A stretch of 32,000 bases of DNA from Mycobacterium tuberculosis H37Rv (GCF_000195955.2 NC_000962.3:1500001-1532000), one strand, 5' to 3'. Positions 1-12,655 are shown, counted from the first letter of the stretch. Numbers and translations: made by a program. Notes: generated from the sequence alone by a model not told the origin.

Positions 1-559
1 TATACGCCGCCCGGGCCGCTGCCACCGCGGCGCGTTCGTGGGTGCGCCGCGAGCCCATCTCGATCAGTGGGCGCCCCCCGGCGGCGCTGACCATGCGCGC
101 CGCTGCCGAGGCGATCGCTGTGTCGTGGTTGAAGATTGACAGCACCAGCGTTTCGAGCAGGACGCATTCGGCGAAGCTGCCGCGTACCGAGAGCACCGGT
201 GACCCGGGAAAATACAGCTCCCCCTCGGCATAGCCGTCGATATCGCCGCGGAACCGGAATTCGCGAAGATACCGCACCGTGGCCGGGTCGAGGAATTGGG
301 CCAGCAACTCGCACGCGTCAGCGTCGAACCTGAACTGCGGCAACGCTTCCAGCAACCGGCCGGTTCCGGCGACAACTCCGTAGCGACGGCCGGTGGGGAG
401 TCGGCGAGCGAACACCTCGAATGTGGTGGGGCGATTGGCGCTGCCGTCGCGCAGGGCAGCCGCCAGCATGGTCAACTCGTACTTGTCGGTCAACAGCCCG
501 GCTGGGTCTTGATTGTCGGGCTCTCCCTCTCGCCGCCTGGCGGCTGGGGGTGGCCCCAC
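1..559 (-). CDS. pncB1: Nicotinate phosphoribosyltransferase, 5' (N-terminal) part; gene continues past the left edge
   Basis: Reverse strand open from GTG at 559 reads [49 protein letters not shown]..., with [10 protein letters not shown] typical of NAPRTase N-termini; runs off the window so it is absent from the ORF track. Confidence 0.9.
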
Positions 560-660
560 AGCGGTCCGACGCGGTCCGCAGCGTCGCCCGGTTGGGACCC
601 AGTCGTTCACACCGCCACGGTATCGGCTCGCGGCCACGGTGCGCTGGGTATCCTGGGGCC

Positions 661-966
661 ATGGCTGTTGTGTCAGCGCCCGCCAAGCCAGGTACCACCT
701 GGCAGCGCGAGTCTGCTCCGGTCGACGTGACGGACAGGGCATGGGTCACCATCGTGTGGGACGACCCGGTCAACTTGATGAGCTACGTGACTTACGTGTT
801 TCAGAAGTTGTTCGGCTACAGCGAGCCGCATGCCACCAAGCTGATGTTGCAGGTGCACAACGAAGGTAAGGCGGTGGTGTCCGCGGGCAGCCGAGAGTCC
901 ATGGAAGTCGACGTGTCCAAGCTGCATGCCGCCGGTTTGTGGGCGACGATGCAGCAGGACCGGTGA
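661..966 (+). CDS. clpS: ATP-dependent Clp protease adaptor ClpS (101 aa)
   Basis: In-frame ATG at 661 within ORF 421..966; ClpS core [46 protein letters not shown]. Confidence 0.95.
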
Positions 967-991
967 GATTCGAGGATATTCGGGATCCATC

Positions 992-1582
992 GTGCGCAGG
1001 TGGAAGCGCGTCGAGACCCGCGATGGTCCCCGCTTTCGATCGTCGTTGGCTCCGCATGAGGCCGCCCTGCTCAAGAACCTGGCAGGCGCGATGATCGGGC
1101 TGCTCGACGATCGCGACTCTTCTTCGCCGTCAGACGAACTCGAGGAGATCACCGGCATCAAGACCGGGCATGCGCAGCGTCCGGGTGACCCGACCTTGCG
1201 TCGGCTGTTGCCGGATTTCTACCGTCCCGATGACCTGGATGACGATGATCCGACGGCCGTCGACGGCTCCGAGAGCTTCAACGCTGCCCTGCGCAGCCTG
1301 CACGAACCTGAGATTATCGACGCCAAACGTGTTGCCGCGCAGCAGTTATTAGACACGGTTCCGGACAATGGCGGCCGGTTGGAGCTGACGGAATCCGACG
1401 CCAATGCTTGGATCGCCGCCGTCAACGACCTTCGGCTGGCGCTCGGAGTGATGCTTGAGATCGGCCCGCGTGGGCCGGAGCGCCTGCCGGGGAACCACCC
1501 GTTGGCCGCGCACTTCAATGTCTACCAGTGGCTGACAGTCCTGCAGGAATACCTCGTGCTGGTGCTGATGGGGTCTCGATGA
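992..1582 (+). CDS. Conserved actinobacterial DUF2017-type protein downstream of clpS (start uncertain; track ORF begins at 926)
   Basis: ORF 926..1582; GTG at 992 (MRRWKRVETRDGPRF...) avoids overlap with clpS; conserved position between clpS and the P1 peptidase. Confidence 0.8.
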   Translation: MRRWKRVETRDGPRFRSSLAPHEAALLKNLAGAMIGLLDDRDSSSPSDELEEITGIKTGHAQRPGDPTLRRLLPDFYRPDDLDDDDPTAVDGSESFNAALRSLHEPEIIDAKRVAAQQLLDTVPDNGGRLELTESDANAWIAAVNDLRLALGVMLEIGPRGPERLPGNHPLAAHFNVYQWLTVLQEYLVLVLMGSR

Positions 1583-1598
1583 TCTGCGCGGCGGCCCG

Positions 1599-2633
1599 AT
1601 GAACTCCATCACCGACGTCGGGGGCATCCGGGTTGGCCACTACCAGAGACTGGACCCCGACGCGTCCCTCGGCGCCGGGTGGGCTTGTGGCGTCACGGTG
1701 GTGTTGCCGCCGCCCGGGACGGTCGGTGCGGTCGATTGCCGCGGCGGCGCCCCTGGAACCCGCGAGACTGATCTGCTGGACCCGGCCAACAGCGTGCGCT
1801 TCGTCGACGCCCTGTTGCTCGCCGGCGGCAGCGCCTACGGTCTGGCCGCCGCCGATGGCGTCATGCGCTGGCTAGAGGAACACCGGCGCGGCGTCGCGAT
1901 GGACAGCGGCGTGGTGCCCATCGTGCCGGGCGCGGTGATTTTCGACCTTCCGGTCGGCGGCTGGAATTGTCGGCCGACGGCCGATTTCGGCTATTCGGCC
2001 TGTGCGGCAGCCGGAGTCGACGTCGCGGTCGGGACGGTGGGCGTGGGGGTTGGGGCGCGCGCCGGAGCGCTCAAGGGCGGTGTCGGGACTGCATCGGCTA
2101 CCCTGCAGTCCGGTGTGACCGTCGGTGTCCTTGCTGTGGTAAATGCCGCTGGCAACGTCGTCGATCCAGCCACCGGCTTGCCGTGGATGGCCGACCTAGT
2201 CGGCGAGTTCGCGTTGAGGGCCCCGCCGGCCGAGCAGATTGCTGCGCTGGCGCAGTTATCGTCCCCGCTGGGAGCCTTCAACACCCCGTTCAATACGACG
2301 ATCGGTGTGATTGCGTGTGACGCCGCGCTGAGCCCTGCGGCTTGCCGGCGCATCGCGATTGCCGCCCACGACGGGTTGGCCCGCACCATCCGGCCGGCAC
2401 ACACCCCCTTGGATGGCGACACGGTTTTCGCGCTGGCCACCGGCGCGGTAGCGGTGCCGCCGGAGGCCGGCGTGCCGGCCGCATTGTCTCCGGAGACTCA
2501 GCTGGTCACCGCGGTCGGTGCGGCGGCGGCTGATTGCCTGGCTCGTGCGGTGCTGGCCGGCGTGCTCAATGCTCAGCCGGTAGCCGGAATACCGACCTAC
2601 CGTGACATGTTTCCCGGAGCATTCGGGTCCTGA
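1599..2633 (+). CDS. P1 family (DmpA/aminopeptidase-like, Ntn-type) peptidase, 344 aa
   Basis: ITDVGGIRVGHYQ N-terminus, LLAGGSAYGLAAADGV and GAFNTPFNTTIGVIACDA motifs typical of the DmpA/P1 family. Confidence 0.9.
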   Translation: MNSITDVGGIRVGHYQRLDPDASLGAGWACGVTVVLPPPGTVGAVDCRGGAPGTRETDLLDPANSVRFVDALLLAGGSAYGLAAADGVMRWLEEHRRGVAMDSGVVPIVPGAVIFDLPVGGWNCRPTADFGYSACAAAGVDVAVGTVGVGVGARAGALKGGVGTASATLQSGVTVGVLAVVNAAGNVVDPATGLPWMADLVGEFALRAPPAEQIAALAQLSSPLGAFNTPFNTTIGVIACDAALSPAACRRIAIAAHDGLARTIRPAHTPLDGDTVFALATGAVAVPPEAGVPAALSPETQLVTAVGAAAADCLARAVLAGVLNAQPVAGIPTYRDMFPGAFGS

Positions 2634-2640
2634 AACTTCG

Positions 2641-3081
2641 GTGTTGCTTAGGAAAGGAACCGTCTACGTGCTGGTGATTCGCGCAGACCTGGTGAATGCG
2701 ATGGTGGCCCATGCGCGTCGCGACCACCCCGACGAAGCCTGCGGAGTGCTGGCCGGACCCGAGGGCTCTGACCGTCCCGAGCGGCATATCCCGATGACCA
2801 ATGCCGAGCGCTCGCCGACCTTCTACCGGTTGGATTCCGGTGAGCAACTGAAGGTGTGGCGGGCTATGGAAGATGCCGACGAGGTCCCGGTCGTCATCTA
2901 TCACTCGCACACTGCGACCGAAGCGTACCCGAGCCGTACGGACGTGAAGCTTGCCACCGAACCCGACGCGCACTACGTGCTGGTGTCCACCCGCGACCCG
3001 CACCGGCACGAGCTACGCAGCTACCGCATCGTCGATGGCGCTGTCACCGAGGAACCTGTCAATGTCGTCGAGCAGTACTGA
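2641..3081 (+). CDS. mec: Mec-type [CysO sulfur-carrier]-S-L-cysteine hydrolase, JAMM/MPN+ domain (start could also be TTG 2644 or GTG 2668)
   Basis: VYHSHTATEAYPSRTD-type JAMM motif (VIYHSHTATEAYPSRTD), DEACGVLAGP; immediately upstream of cysO-cysM. Confidence 0.93.
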   Translation: MLLRKGTVYVLVIRADLVNAMVAHARRDHPDEACGVLAGPEGSDRPERHIPMTNAERSPTFYRLDSGEQLKVWRAMEDADEVPVVIYHSHTATEAYPSRTDVKLATEPDAHYVLVSTRDPHRHELRSYRIVDGAVTEEPVNVVEQY

Positions 3082-3102
3082 ACCGTTCCGAGAAAGGCCA
3101 GC

Positions 3103-3384
3103 ATGAACGTCACCGTATCCATTCCGACCATCCTGCGGCCCCACACCGGCGGCCAGAAGAGTGTCTCGGCCAGCGGCGATACCTTGGGTGCCGTCATCAG
3201 CGACCTGGAGGCCAACTATTCGGGCATTTCCGAGCGCCTGATGGACCCGTCTTCCCCAGGTAAGTTGCACCGCTTCGTGAACATCTACGTCAACGACGAG
3301 GACGTGCGGTTCTCCGGCGGCTTGGCCACCGCGATCGCTGACGGTGACTCGGTCACCATCCTCCCCGCCGTGGCCGGTGGGTGA
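3103..3384 (+). CDS. cysO: Sulfur carrier protein CysO (93 aa, ThiS/MoaD-like, C-terminal Gly-Gly)
   Basis: MNVTVSIPTILRPHTGGQKSVSASGDTLG...ILPAVAGG; beta-grasp sulfur carrier ending in GG, next to cysM. Confidence 0.96.
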   Translation: MNVTVSIPTILRPHTGGQKSVSASGDTLGAVISDLEANYSGISERLMDPSSPGKLHRFVNIYVNDEDVRFSGGLATAIADGDSVTILPAVAGG

Positions 3385-5074
<1,690 letters not shown>

Positions 5075-5078
<4 letters not shown>

Positions 5079-5890
5079 ATTCGCCGTTGGCGCCCGTCGG
5101 AGTCTTTGATTCCGGCGTCGGGGGACTGACGGTCGCGCGGGCCATCATCGACCAACTGCCCGACGAGGACATCGTCTACGTCGGCGACACCGGTAACGGC
5201 CCGTACGGTCCGCTGACCATCCCGGAGATCCGGGCGCACGCGCTGGCCATCGGCGACGATCTGGTCGGCCGAGGCGTCAAGGCGTTGGTGATCGCCTGCA
5301 ACTCGGCGTCGTCGGCGTGCCTGCGGGATGCTCGCGAGCGCTACCAGGTGCCCGTCGTCGAAGTGATACTGCCGGCGGTGCGGCGTGCGGTGGCCGCCAC
5401 CCGCAACGGCCGCATCGGGGTAATCGGCACGCGGGCGACCATCACTTCACACGCCTATCAGGACGCGTTCGCTGCGGCCCGCGACACCGAAATCACCGCG
5501 GTGGCTTGCCCTCGCTTCGTGGACTTCGTCGAGCGCGGCGTCACCAGCGGTCGTCAGGTGCTCGGTCTGGCGCAGGGCTACCTGGAACCGCTGCAGCGCG
5601 CCGAGGTCGACACGCTAGTGCTGGGCTGTACGCACTATCCACTGCTGTCCGGACTGATTCAACTGGCGATGGGCGAGAACGTCACGCTGGTCTCCAGCGC
5701 CGAGGAGACCGCTAAGGAAGTGGTCCGGGTGCTCACCGAGATCGACTTATTGCGTCCGCATGACGCGCCGCCGGCAACTCGGATATTTGAAGCTACGGGC
5801 GACCCCGAAGCGTTTACCAAATTGGCCGCACGATTCCTGGGTCCGGTGCTCGGTGGTGTGCAACCCGTTCACCCATCGCGCATTCATTAG
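5075..5890 (+). CDS. murI: Glutamate racemase (271 aa)
   Basis: [49 protein letters not shown]. Confidence 0.97.
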
Positions 5891-5967
5891 GCCATGGAAG
5901 AGATTCTCGTCACCGAATGCGTCGATGTATTCCGCATCGTTGTATCGGGCATGGCACAGTAGTGTCC

Positions 5968-6738
5968 GTGCGGATAACCGTGCTCGGATGCTCCGGTAGC
6001 GTCGTGGGGCCGGATTCGCCTGCGTCGGGGTATTTGCTCCGAGCGCCGCACACACCGCCGTTGGTTATCGACTTCGGCGGGGGTGTGCTCGGCGCGCTGC
6101 AACGGCACGCGGATCCCGCGTCGGTGCATGTGCTGCTGTCGCATCTGCATGCGGACCATTGTCTGGACTTGCCGGGACTTTTTGTGTGGCGGCGTTACCA
6201 CCCGTCGCGTCCCTCTGGCAAGGCATTGTTGTACGGCCCCAGCGACACCTGGTCGCGATTGGGGGCGGCGTCGTCCCCGTACGGTGGGGAGATTGACGAC
6301 TGTTCGGATATCTTCGATGTTCACCACTGGGCCGACAGTGAGCCAGTGACGTTGGGCGCCCTTACGATAGTGCCGCGGCTGGTTGCCCACCCGACTGAGT
6401 CGTTTGGCCTGCGGATCACCGATCCGAGCGGTGCGTCACTGGCTTATAGCGGCGACACCGGCATTTGTGACCAGCTCGTCGAGCTGGCTCGCGGCGTCGA
6501 CGTTTTCCTCTGCGAGGCCTCCTGGACACACTCGCCCAAACATCCACCCGATCTACACCTGTCGGGCACCGAAGCCGGTATGGTTGCCGCGCAAGCCGGC
6601 GTTCGTGAGCTGCTGCTGACGCATATCCCGCCGTGGACTTCGCGTGAGGACGTCATCAGCGAGGCCAAGGCCGAGTTCGACGGCCCGGTGCACGCGGTGG
6701 TATGCGACGAGACGTTCGAAGTCCGGCGAGCCGGCTAG
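5968..6738 (+). CDS. Metallo-beta-lactamase-fold phosphodiesterase (Rv1339-type; reported as cAMP phosphodiesterase); track ORF begins at 5917
   Basis: [10 protein letters not shown] metal motif, [11 protein letters not shown] start at GTG 5968, C-terminal [11 protein letters not shown]. Confidence 0.88.
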   Translation: MRITVLGCSGSVVGPDSPASGYLLRAPHTPPLVIDFGGGVLGALQRHADPASVHVLLSHLHADHCLDLPGLFVWRRYHPSRPSGKALLYGPSDTWSRLGAASSPYGGEIDDCSDIFDVHHWADSEPVTLGALTIVPRLVAHPTESFGLRITDPSGASLAYSGDTGICDQLVELARGVDVFLCEASWTHSPKHPPDLHLSGTEAGMVAAQAGVRELLLTHIPPWTSREDVISEAKAEFDGPVHAVVCDETFEVRRAG

Positions 6739-6754
6739 GTCTAGGGTTGGCGTC

Positions 6755-7534
6755 GTGTCCAAGCGAGAAGACGGCCGGCTCGACCACGAGCTTCGCCCGG
6801 TGATCATCACCCGCGGTTTCACCGAAAACCCGGCGGGATCGGTGCTCATCGAATTCGGTCACACCAAGGTCCTGTGCACCGCCAGCGTCACCGAAGGGGT
6901 GCCCCGGTGGCGTAAAGCAACCGGTCTGGGGTGGCTCACCGCGGAGTACGCCATGCTGCCGTCGGCCACCCACAGCCGCTCTGATCGCGAGTCGGTGAGA
7001 GGCAGGCTTAGCGGGCGTACTCAGGAAATCAGTCGGCTCATCGGCCGGTCGCTGCGCGCATGCATCGACCTGGCGGCGCTGGGGGAGAACACGATCGCTA
7101 TCGATTGTGATGTGTTGCAGGCCGATGGTGGCACTCGAACCGCGGCCATCACCGGCGCCTACGTGGCATTGGCCGACGCAGTGACCTACTTGTCGGCGGC
7201 GGGTAAGTTGTCCGACCCCAGGCCATTGTCGTGTGCCATCGCCGCGGTCAGCGTCGGTGTTGTCGACGGCAGGATCCGGGTGGATCTGCCCTACGAGGAA
7301 GATTCGCGCGCCGAGGTCGACATGAACGTCGTCGCTACCGACACCGGAACCCTGGTAGAGATTCAGGGCACCGGCGAAGGCGCGACGTTCGCACGTTCGA
7401 CACTGGATAAGCTGCTGGACATGGCACTGGGCGCCTGCGACACGTTGTTTGCCGCACAACGCGACGCGTTGGCGCTGCCGTATCCGGGTGTGCTGCCGCA
7501 GGGACCGCCACCGCCGAAGGCGTTTGGCACCTGA
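6755..7534 (+). CDS. rphA: Ribonuclease PH (259 aa)
   Basis: GTG at 6755 [85 protein letters not shown]. Confidence 0.96.
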   Translation: MSKREDGRLDHELRPVIITRGFTENPAGSVLIEFGHTKVLCTASVTEGVPRWRKATGLGWLTAEYAMLPSATHSRSDRESVRGRLSGRTQEISRLIGRSLRACIDLAALGENTIAIDCDVLQADGGTRTAAITGAYVALADAVTYLSAAGKLSDPRPLSCAIAAVSVGVVDGRIRVDLPYEEDSRAEVDMNVVATDTGTLVEIQGTGEGATFARSTLDKLLDMALGACDTLFAAQRDALALPYPGVLPQGPPPPKAFGT

Positions 7535-7572
7535 CCGCGCCGCGACGATGCAGAGCGGAGCGATGAGGAGGA

Positions 7573-8187
7573 GTGGCGCTTGTGACCAAGCTTCTGGTCG
7601 CCAGCCGCAACCGCAAAAAGCTGGCCGAACTGCGCCGGGTGTTGGACGGCGCCGGACTATCGGGTTTGACGCTGTTGTCGCTGGGCGATGTGTCGCCGCT
7701 GCCTGAAACACCAGAAACCGGTGTGACATTCGAGGACAACGCGCTGGCCAAGGCGCGCGACGCGTTCTCCGCGACCGGACTTGCCAGCGTTGCCGACGAC
7801 TCCGGTTTGGAGGTGGCCGCACTGGGCGGCATGCCTGGCGTGCTGTCGGCCCGGTGGTCCGGCAGGTATGGCGACGATGCCGCGAACACCGCGCTGTTGC
7901 TGGCGCAGTTGTGCGATGTGCCCGATGAGCGGCGCGGAGCAGCGTTCGTGTCGGCCTGCGCGTTGGTCTCGGGGTCCGGCGAAGTTGTCGTGCGCGGTGA
8001 ATGGCCCGGCACGATCGCCCGTGAGCCGCGCGGTGACGGCGGGTTCGGCTACGACCCGGTCTTCGTCCCGTACGGTGACGACCGCACAGCGGCCCAGCTG
8101 AGCCCGGCGGAAAAGGACGCGGTATCCCATCGCGGTCGCGCGTTGGCTCTGCTGCTGCCGGCGCTGCGCTCCCTGGCGACAGGCTAA
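7573..8187 (+). CDS. RdgB/HAM1-type non-canonical purine NTP pyrophosphatase (204 aa)
   Basis: LLVASRNRKKLAELRRVL, DDSGLEVAALGGMPGVLSARWSG, GDGGFGYDPVF. Confidence 0.95.
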   Translation: MALVTKLLVASRNRKKLAELRRVLDGAGLSGLTLLSLGDVSPLPETPETGVTFEDNALAKARDAFSATGLASVADDSGLEVAALGGMPGVLSARWSGRYGDDAANTALLLAQLCDVPDERRGAAFVSACALVSGSGEVVVRGEWPGTIAREPRGDGGFGYDPVFVPYGDDRTAAQLSPAEKDAVSHRGRALALLLPALRSLATG

Positions 8188-8546
8188 AGCCCGAAGCGGG
8201 CCTTGATCTCTTTGGTCTGGAAGTGCTCGACGACGATGCCGAGCAGCGGAATTGTGCCGGCGAGCAGAACACCGGCTGTTTTGCCGAGCGGCCAGCGGAC
8301 CTTGACCGCCAGGTTCAACGTCAGAAGCAGATACGTGAAGTACACCCAGCCGTGCACCACACCGATCCACGTCGGCGGATTGTCAACCTTGACGACGTAG
8401 CGGACCACGATCTCGTAGCACAGTGCGATGAGCCAGAGGCCCGTCGTCCACGCCATGATCCGGTAGCCGAGCAAAGCGGTGCGAATCCTCTCGACGGCGA
8501 TGGCAGGCTCGGCGTGCTGCGCCGCGGGCGTTTCGGGTGCGGTCAT
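8184..8546 (-). CDS. DUF3817-type conserved membrane protein (120 aa)
   Basis: Minus ORF with TM segments GLWLIALCYEIVVRYV, IGVVHGWVYFTYLLLTLNLAVK, GVLLAGTIPLLGIVVEH. Confidence 0.85.
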   Translation of the reverse strand: MTAPETPAAQHAEPAIAVERIRTALLGYRIMAWTTGLWLIALCYEIVVRYVVKVDNPPTWIGVVHGWVYFTYLLLTLNLAVKVRWPLGKTAGVLLAGTIPLLGIVVEHFQTKEIKARFGL

Positions 8547-8923
8547 GCGGTGGTCCTGTTCTGCTTCCTGGCATCGTCCTTGGCTAGCTCGGCTAGGTAG
8601 GCGTTGTATTCCCGTAGTACGGGATCGTCGGGTGGCTGCTGCGCCGGCTTCGGCCGCTCGGGCAGCAATCCGGCAGGTATCTCGGCGGCGGCGCCGCCGG
8701 TGGGCGGTTGCGGGGGCGTCTCTTCATACCGAACGAAGTTGCGGTACGCGTAGACGCAGAACCAAGCAAACAATGGCCACTGCAACGCGTAACCCAGATT
8801 TTGAAAGGTGCCCGAGGTCGATTGAAACCTGGTCCACTGCCACCAACCCAGGGCCAGGCAACCACAGGTCGCGATGATCACCAACGCGATCAGCGCGGGT
8901 CTGCGACGGCGGGTAGTGGACAC
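8543..8923 (-). CDS. lprD: Small membrane/lipoprotein-annotated protein LprD (126 aa)
   Basis: Minus ORF MSTTRRRRPALIALVIIATCGCLALGWWQW...; 4-nt overlap with the downstream DUF3817 gene. Confidence 0.85.
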   Translation of the reverse strand: MSTTRRRRPALIALVIIATCGCLALGWWQWTRFQSTSGTFQNLGYALQWPLFAWFCVYAYRNFVRYEETPPQPPTGGAAAEIPAGLLPERPKPAQQPPDDPVLREYNAYLAELAKDDARKQNRTTA

Positions 8924-8989
8924 CCCACGACGTTACCGCGCACTGCTCTATTGGGCGCCCGGGCGCGATGTGGCGATATCCACTAAGTA

Positions 8990-9008
8990 CAAGGCTAGCC
9001 TTGCCTAA
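8990..9008 (-). promoter_or_regulatory. IdeR (iron box)-like 19-mer upstream of mbtL
   Basis: Reverse complement reads TTAGGCAAGGCTAGCCTTG, 14/19 matches to the recalled IdeR consensus TTAGGTTAGGCTAACCTAA; precedes the mbtL-mbtN mycobactin genes. Confidence 0.85.
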
Positions 9009-9033
9009 TACCCCAGGTGTAGCCTCCTTCGCC

Positions 9034-9288
9034 ATGACCTCATCGCCGTCCACCGTCAGCACTACGCTGCTGAGCATCCTGCGCGACGACCTCAACATTG
9101 ACCTGACTCGAGTCACGCCTGATGCCAGGTTGGTCGACGATGTGGGACTGGATTCGGTGGCCTTCGCGGTCGGTATGGTGGCCATCGAGGAGCGGCTCGG
9201 AGTCGCACTGTCCGAAGAGGAGCTCTTGACGTGCGACACGGTCGGAGAACTGGAGGCAGCGATCGCGGCCAAATACCGCGATGAGTGA
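9034..9288 (+). CDS. mbtL: Mycobactin-associated acyl carrier protein MbtL (84 aa from ATG 9034; track ORF starts at 8968)
   Basis: Acyl carrier protein motif [19 protein letters not shown]; ATG 9034 gives [20 protein letters not shown] and leaves the IdeR box outside the coding region. Confidence 0.9.
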
Positions 9289-10846
9289 GCTCGCGGCCGT
9301 GCTCACGCGGTCCATGCAGGCCTCTGCCGGCGACTTGATGGTCCTCGACCGCGAGACCTCGCTGTGGTGTCGGCACCCGTGGCCCGAGGTACACGGGCTG
9401 GCCGAGAGCGTAGCGGCCTGGCTGCTAGACCATGACCGACCCGCCGCGGTGGGTCTGGTCGGCGAACCGACGGTCGAGTTGGTCGCCGCGATCCAGGGTG
9501 CCTGGCTTGCCGGCGCTGCCGTGTCGATCCTGCCCGGGCCGGTACGTGGCGCCAATGACCAGCGATGGGCGGACGCGACGTTGACCCGTTTCCTCGGGAT
9601 TGGGGTGCGCACCGTATTGAGCCAGGGTTCCTACCTTGCCCGCCTGCGATCGGTCGATACGGCCGGCGTAACGATCGGAGATCTCAGCACGGCGGCGCAC
9701 ACCAATCGTTCGGCCACACCGGTGGCGAGTGAAGGGCCCGCGGTCCTTCAAGGTACCGCGGGATCGACGGGCGCGCCCCGTACCGCCATCCTTTCGCCGG
9801 GCGCGGTGCTCAGCAACTTGCGTGGGCTCAATCAGCGCGTGGGCACCGATGCTGCGACCGACGTCGGTTGCTCATGGTTACCGCTGTACCACGACATGGG
9901 GCTCGCTTTCGTGCTCTCTGCTGCGCTGGCCGGTGCGCCGCTCTGGTTGGCCCCGACGACGGCGTTCACGGCGTCGCCGTTCCGTTGGTTGAGTTGGCTC
10001 TCGGACAGTGGTGCCACCATGACCGCGGCACCGAACTTCGCCTACAACCTCATCGGCAAATACGCCAGGCGGGTATCCGAGGTCGACCTGGGTGCCCTGC
10101 GAGTGACGCTCAACGGTGGAGAGCCGGTTGACTGCGATGGGCTGACGCGGTTCGCGGAGGCGATGGCACCGTTCGGATTCGATGCCGGCGCCGTGTTGCC
10201 CTCCTACGGGCTCGCCGAGTCGACGTGCGCGGTGACCGTGCCGGTCCCCGGAATTGGGTTGCTTGCCGACCGTGTCATCGACGGCAGCGGTGCGCATAAG
10301 CACGCGGTCCTGGGTAACCCCATCCCCGGTATGGAGGTACGGATCTCGTGCGGTGATCAGGCGGCAGGCAATGCGAGCCGTGAAATTGGCGAAATCGAGA
10401 TTCGCGGTGCGTCGATGATGGCGGGTTACCTGGGTCAGCAGCCGATCGACCCTGACGATTGGTTTGCCACCGGCGACCTCGGCTATCTTGGCGCTGGCGG
10501 CCTGGTGGTGTGTGGTCGCGCGAAGGAAGTCATCTCCATCGCGGGACGCAACATCTTTCCGACGGAGGTCGAGCTGGTGGCAGCGCAAGTTCGCGGAGTG
10601 CGCGAAGGCGCCGTGGTCGCCTTGGGCACCGGTGATCGCTCGACCCGCCCCGGTCTGGTGGTCGCGGCCGAGTTCCGCGGCCCAGACGAGGCGAACGCCC
10701 GCGCCGAACTGATCCAACGCGTTGCGTCCGAGTGCGGTATCGTCCCGTCCGACGTCGTCTTCGTGTCGCCTGGATCACTGCCCCGGACGTCGTCTGGAAA
10801 ACTGCGCCGCTTGGCAGTCCGGCGCTCCCTGGAGATGGCGGACTGA
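9281..10846 (+). CDS. mbtM: Long-chain fatty acyl-ACP ligase MbtM / FadD33 (521 aa)
   Basis: ANL superfamily motifs [25 protein letters not shown], GWxxTGDLGYL-like [25 protein letters not shown]. Confidence 0.95.
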
Positions 10847-12006
10847 TGACGGCCGGCTCCGACCTCGACGACTTCCGCGGTTTGCTCGCCAAAGCGTTCG
10901 ACGAGCGGGTGGTGGCATGGACCGCAGAAGCGGAAGCGCAGGAACGTTTTCCGCGCCAGTTGATCGAACACCTGGGTGTCTGCGGCGTATTCGATGCGAA
11001 GTGGGCGACCGACGCCCGTCCCGACGTCGGTAAACTCGTCGAACTCGCTTTCGCGTTGGGCCAGCTGGCCTCTGCCGGCATCGGTGTGGGTGTCAGCTTG
11101 CATGACTCGGCGATCGCGATTTTGCGCCGGTTTGGTAAGTCGGACTACTTGCGGGATATCTGCGATCAGGCGATCCGTGGCGCCGCGGTGCTGTGCATCG
11201 GAGCCTCGGAGGAGTCCGGCGGATCCGACCTGCAGATCGTCGAAACCGAGATACGGTCCCGTGACGGTGGTTTCGAGGTCCGCGGCGTCAAGAAATTCGT
11301 GTCGCTGTCTCCGATCGCCGACCACATCATGGTGGTGGCCCGCAGCGTCGACCACGATCCGACCAGTAGGCACGGCAATGTCGCGGTCGTGGCCGTGCCG
11401 GCCGCACAAGTCAGCGTGCAGACCCCCTACCGCAAGGTCGGTGCGGGACCGCTGGATACCGCCGCGGTCTGCATCGACACCTGGGTACCGGCCGATGCAC
11501 TGGTTGCGCGGGCCGGCACGGGGCTGGCAGCCATCAGTTGGGGACTGGCTCATGAGCGGATGTCGATCGCCGGGCAGATCGCAGCGTCGTGTCAACGGGC
11601 GATCGGAATCACCCTGGCCCGCATGATGAGTCGACGTCAGTTCGGTCAGACGCTGTTCGAACACCAGGCGCTGCGGCTGCGTATGGCGGACCTGCAGGCG
11701 CGTGTCGATCTGCTGCGGTACGCGCTGCACGGCATCGCTGAACAGGGGAGACTGGAACTGCGCACGGCGGCAGCGGTCAAAGTCACCGCCGCCCGGCTCG
11801 GTGAGGAAGTCATCTCCGAATGCATGCACATCTTCGGTGGGGCGGGTTATCTTGTCGACGAAACGACGCTTGGCAAATGGTGGCGGGACATGAAGCTCGC
11901 CCGGGTCGGCGGCGGCACCGACGAGGTGCTGTGGGAATTGGTGGCTGCCGGCATGACGCCCGATCACGACGGTTACGCAGCCGTGGTCGGAGCTTCCAAA
12001 GCGTAG
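10846..12006 (+). CDS. mbtN: Acyl-ACP dehydrogenase MbtN / FadE14 (386 aa)
   Basis: ATG 10846 ([18 protein letters not shown]) overlapping the mbtM stop; acyl-CoA dehydrogenase signatures [23 protein letters not shown] and [14 protein letters not shown]. Confidence 0.95.
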
Positions 12007-12605
12007 AGCGCCATGCGCCGGTTTGTCGTGTCATGCTCACCGAGGAACTTGCATCCGGCCCACTCACACAACCGACGGGTCGCGGTGTTGCGGTGATCGG
12101 GGTCGAACATGATCCGCCGGCAACGCGGCTCGTTGGCAAAGACGCTGGCCACGATCCGCGGTAGCAGCAGCGGGCCGAAGCCCCGATTGACCTTCGACAA
12201 GTCCGCGATGGCCGCGTGCAGCCCCAAATCGTAGGGGTCTGCGTCGTAGTAGTGAGAAATCAAATCCTTTGCTGCCCAGTATAATTCGAGATAACCACCA
12301 TCTGTTCCGTGCCAGCTGCCGATCAATGGCAACGAATAGGTTCCCTCAAGTTGGGCGTTCAGGTGTTGACGCCAACGTGACGCCGGCCAGTCGTACTCCC
12401 AGGCCGCCGCCAGATGAGGACGGTTCATCCACTCCGCCAACATCTCCGCGTCGGTCAGCTGTGCGACCCGCAACCCGTATGGCGGCTCCAACGATGGAAC
12501 GGGCGGGCGGGCGAGGCGTCGTACCTGGTCAGGTAGGTCGAATCGCTCGCGGGCTAGCCGAACCAGCGCGTCGTCGGCCTGGCCAGCGGATGTGGGTTTG
12601 GTCAT
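11973..12605 (-). CDS. mbtK: Lysine N-acyltransferase MbtK, mycobactin biosynthesis (210 aa, GNAT)
   Basis: IucB/siderophore-acyltransferase-type sequence [62 protein letters not shown]; IdeR box just upstream. Confidence 0.94.
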
Positions 12606-12636
12606 TGCGGGCCGAGCTTACCGGAGGGCTCGCTGC

Positions 12637-12655
12637 TTAGGTTAGGCATGCCATA
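12637..12655 (+). promoter_or_regulatory. IdeR-box-like 19-mer upstream of mbtK
   Basis: TTAGGTTAGGCATGCCATA, 14/19 to the recalled consensus, with a perfect TTAGGTTAGGC left half; 32 nt upstream of the mbtK start. Confidence 0.85.

Noticed and set aside
64-375. Minus-strand ORF 64..375 and plus-strand ORFs 42..233 / 296..730
   Set aside because: The real gene here is the edge-truncated pncB1 frame (start 559, minus), which the ORF track omits; these are shadow frames.
6656-8272. 538-aa minus-strand ORF
   Set aside because: Antisense to rphA and rdgB, which have clear family motifs; Arg/Pro/Ser-rich translation typical of high-GC antisense frames.
10483-11967. 494-aa minus-strand ORF
   Set aside because: Antisense to mbtM and mbtN; a high-GC shadow ORF.
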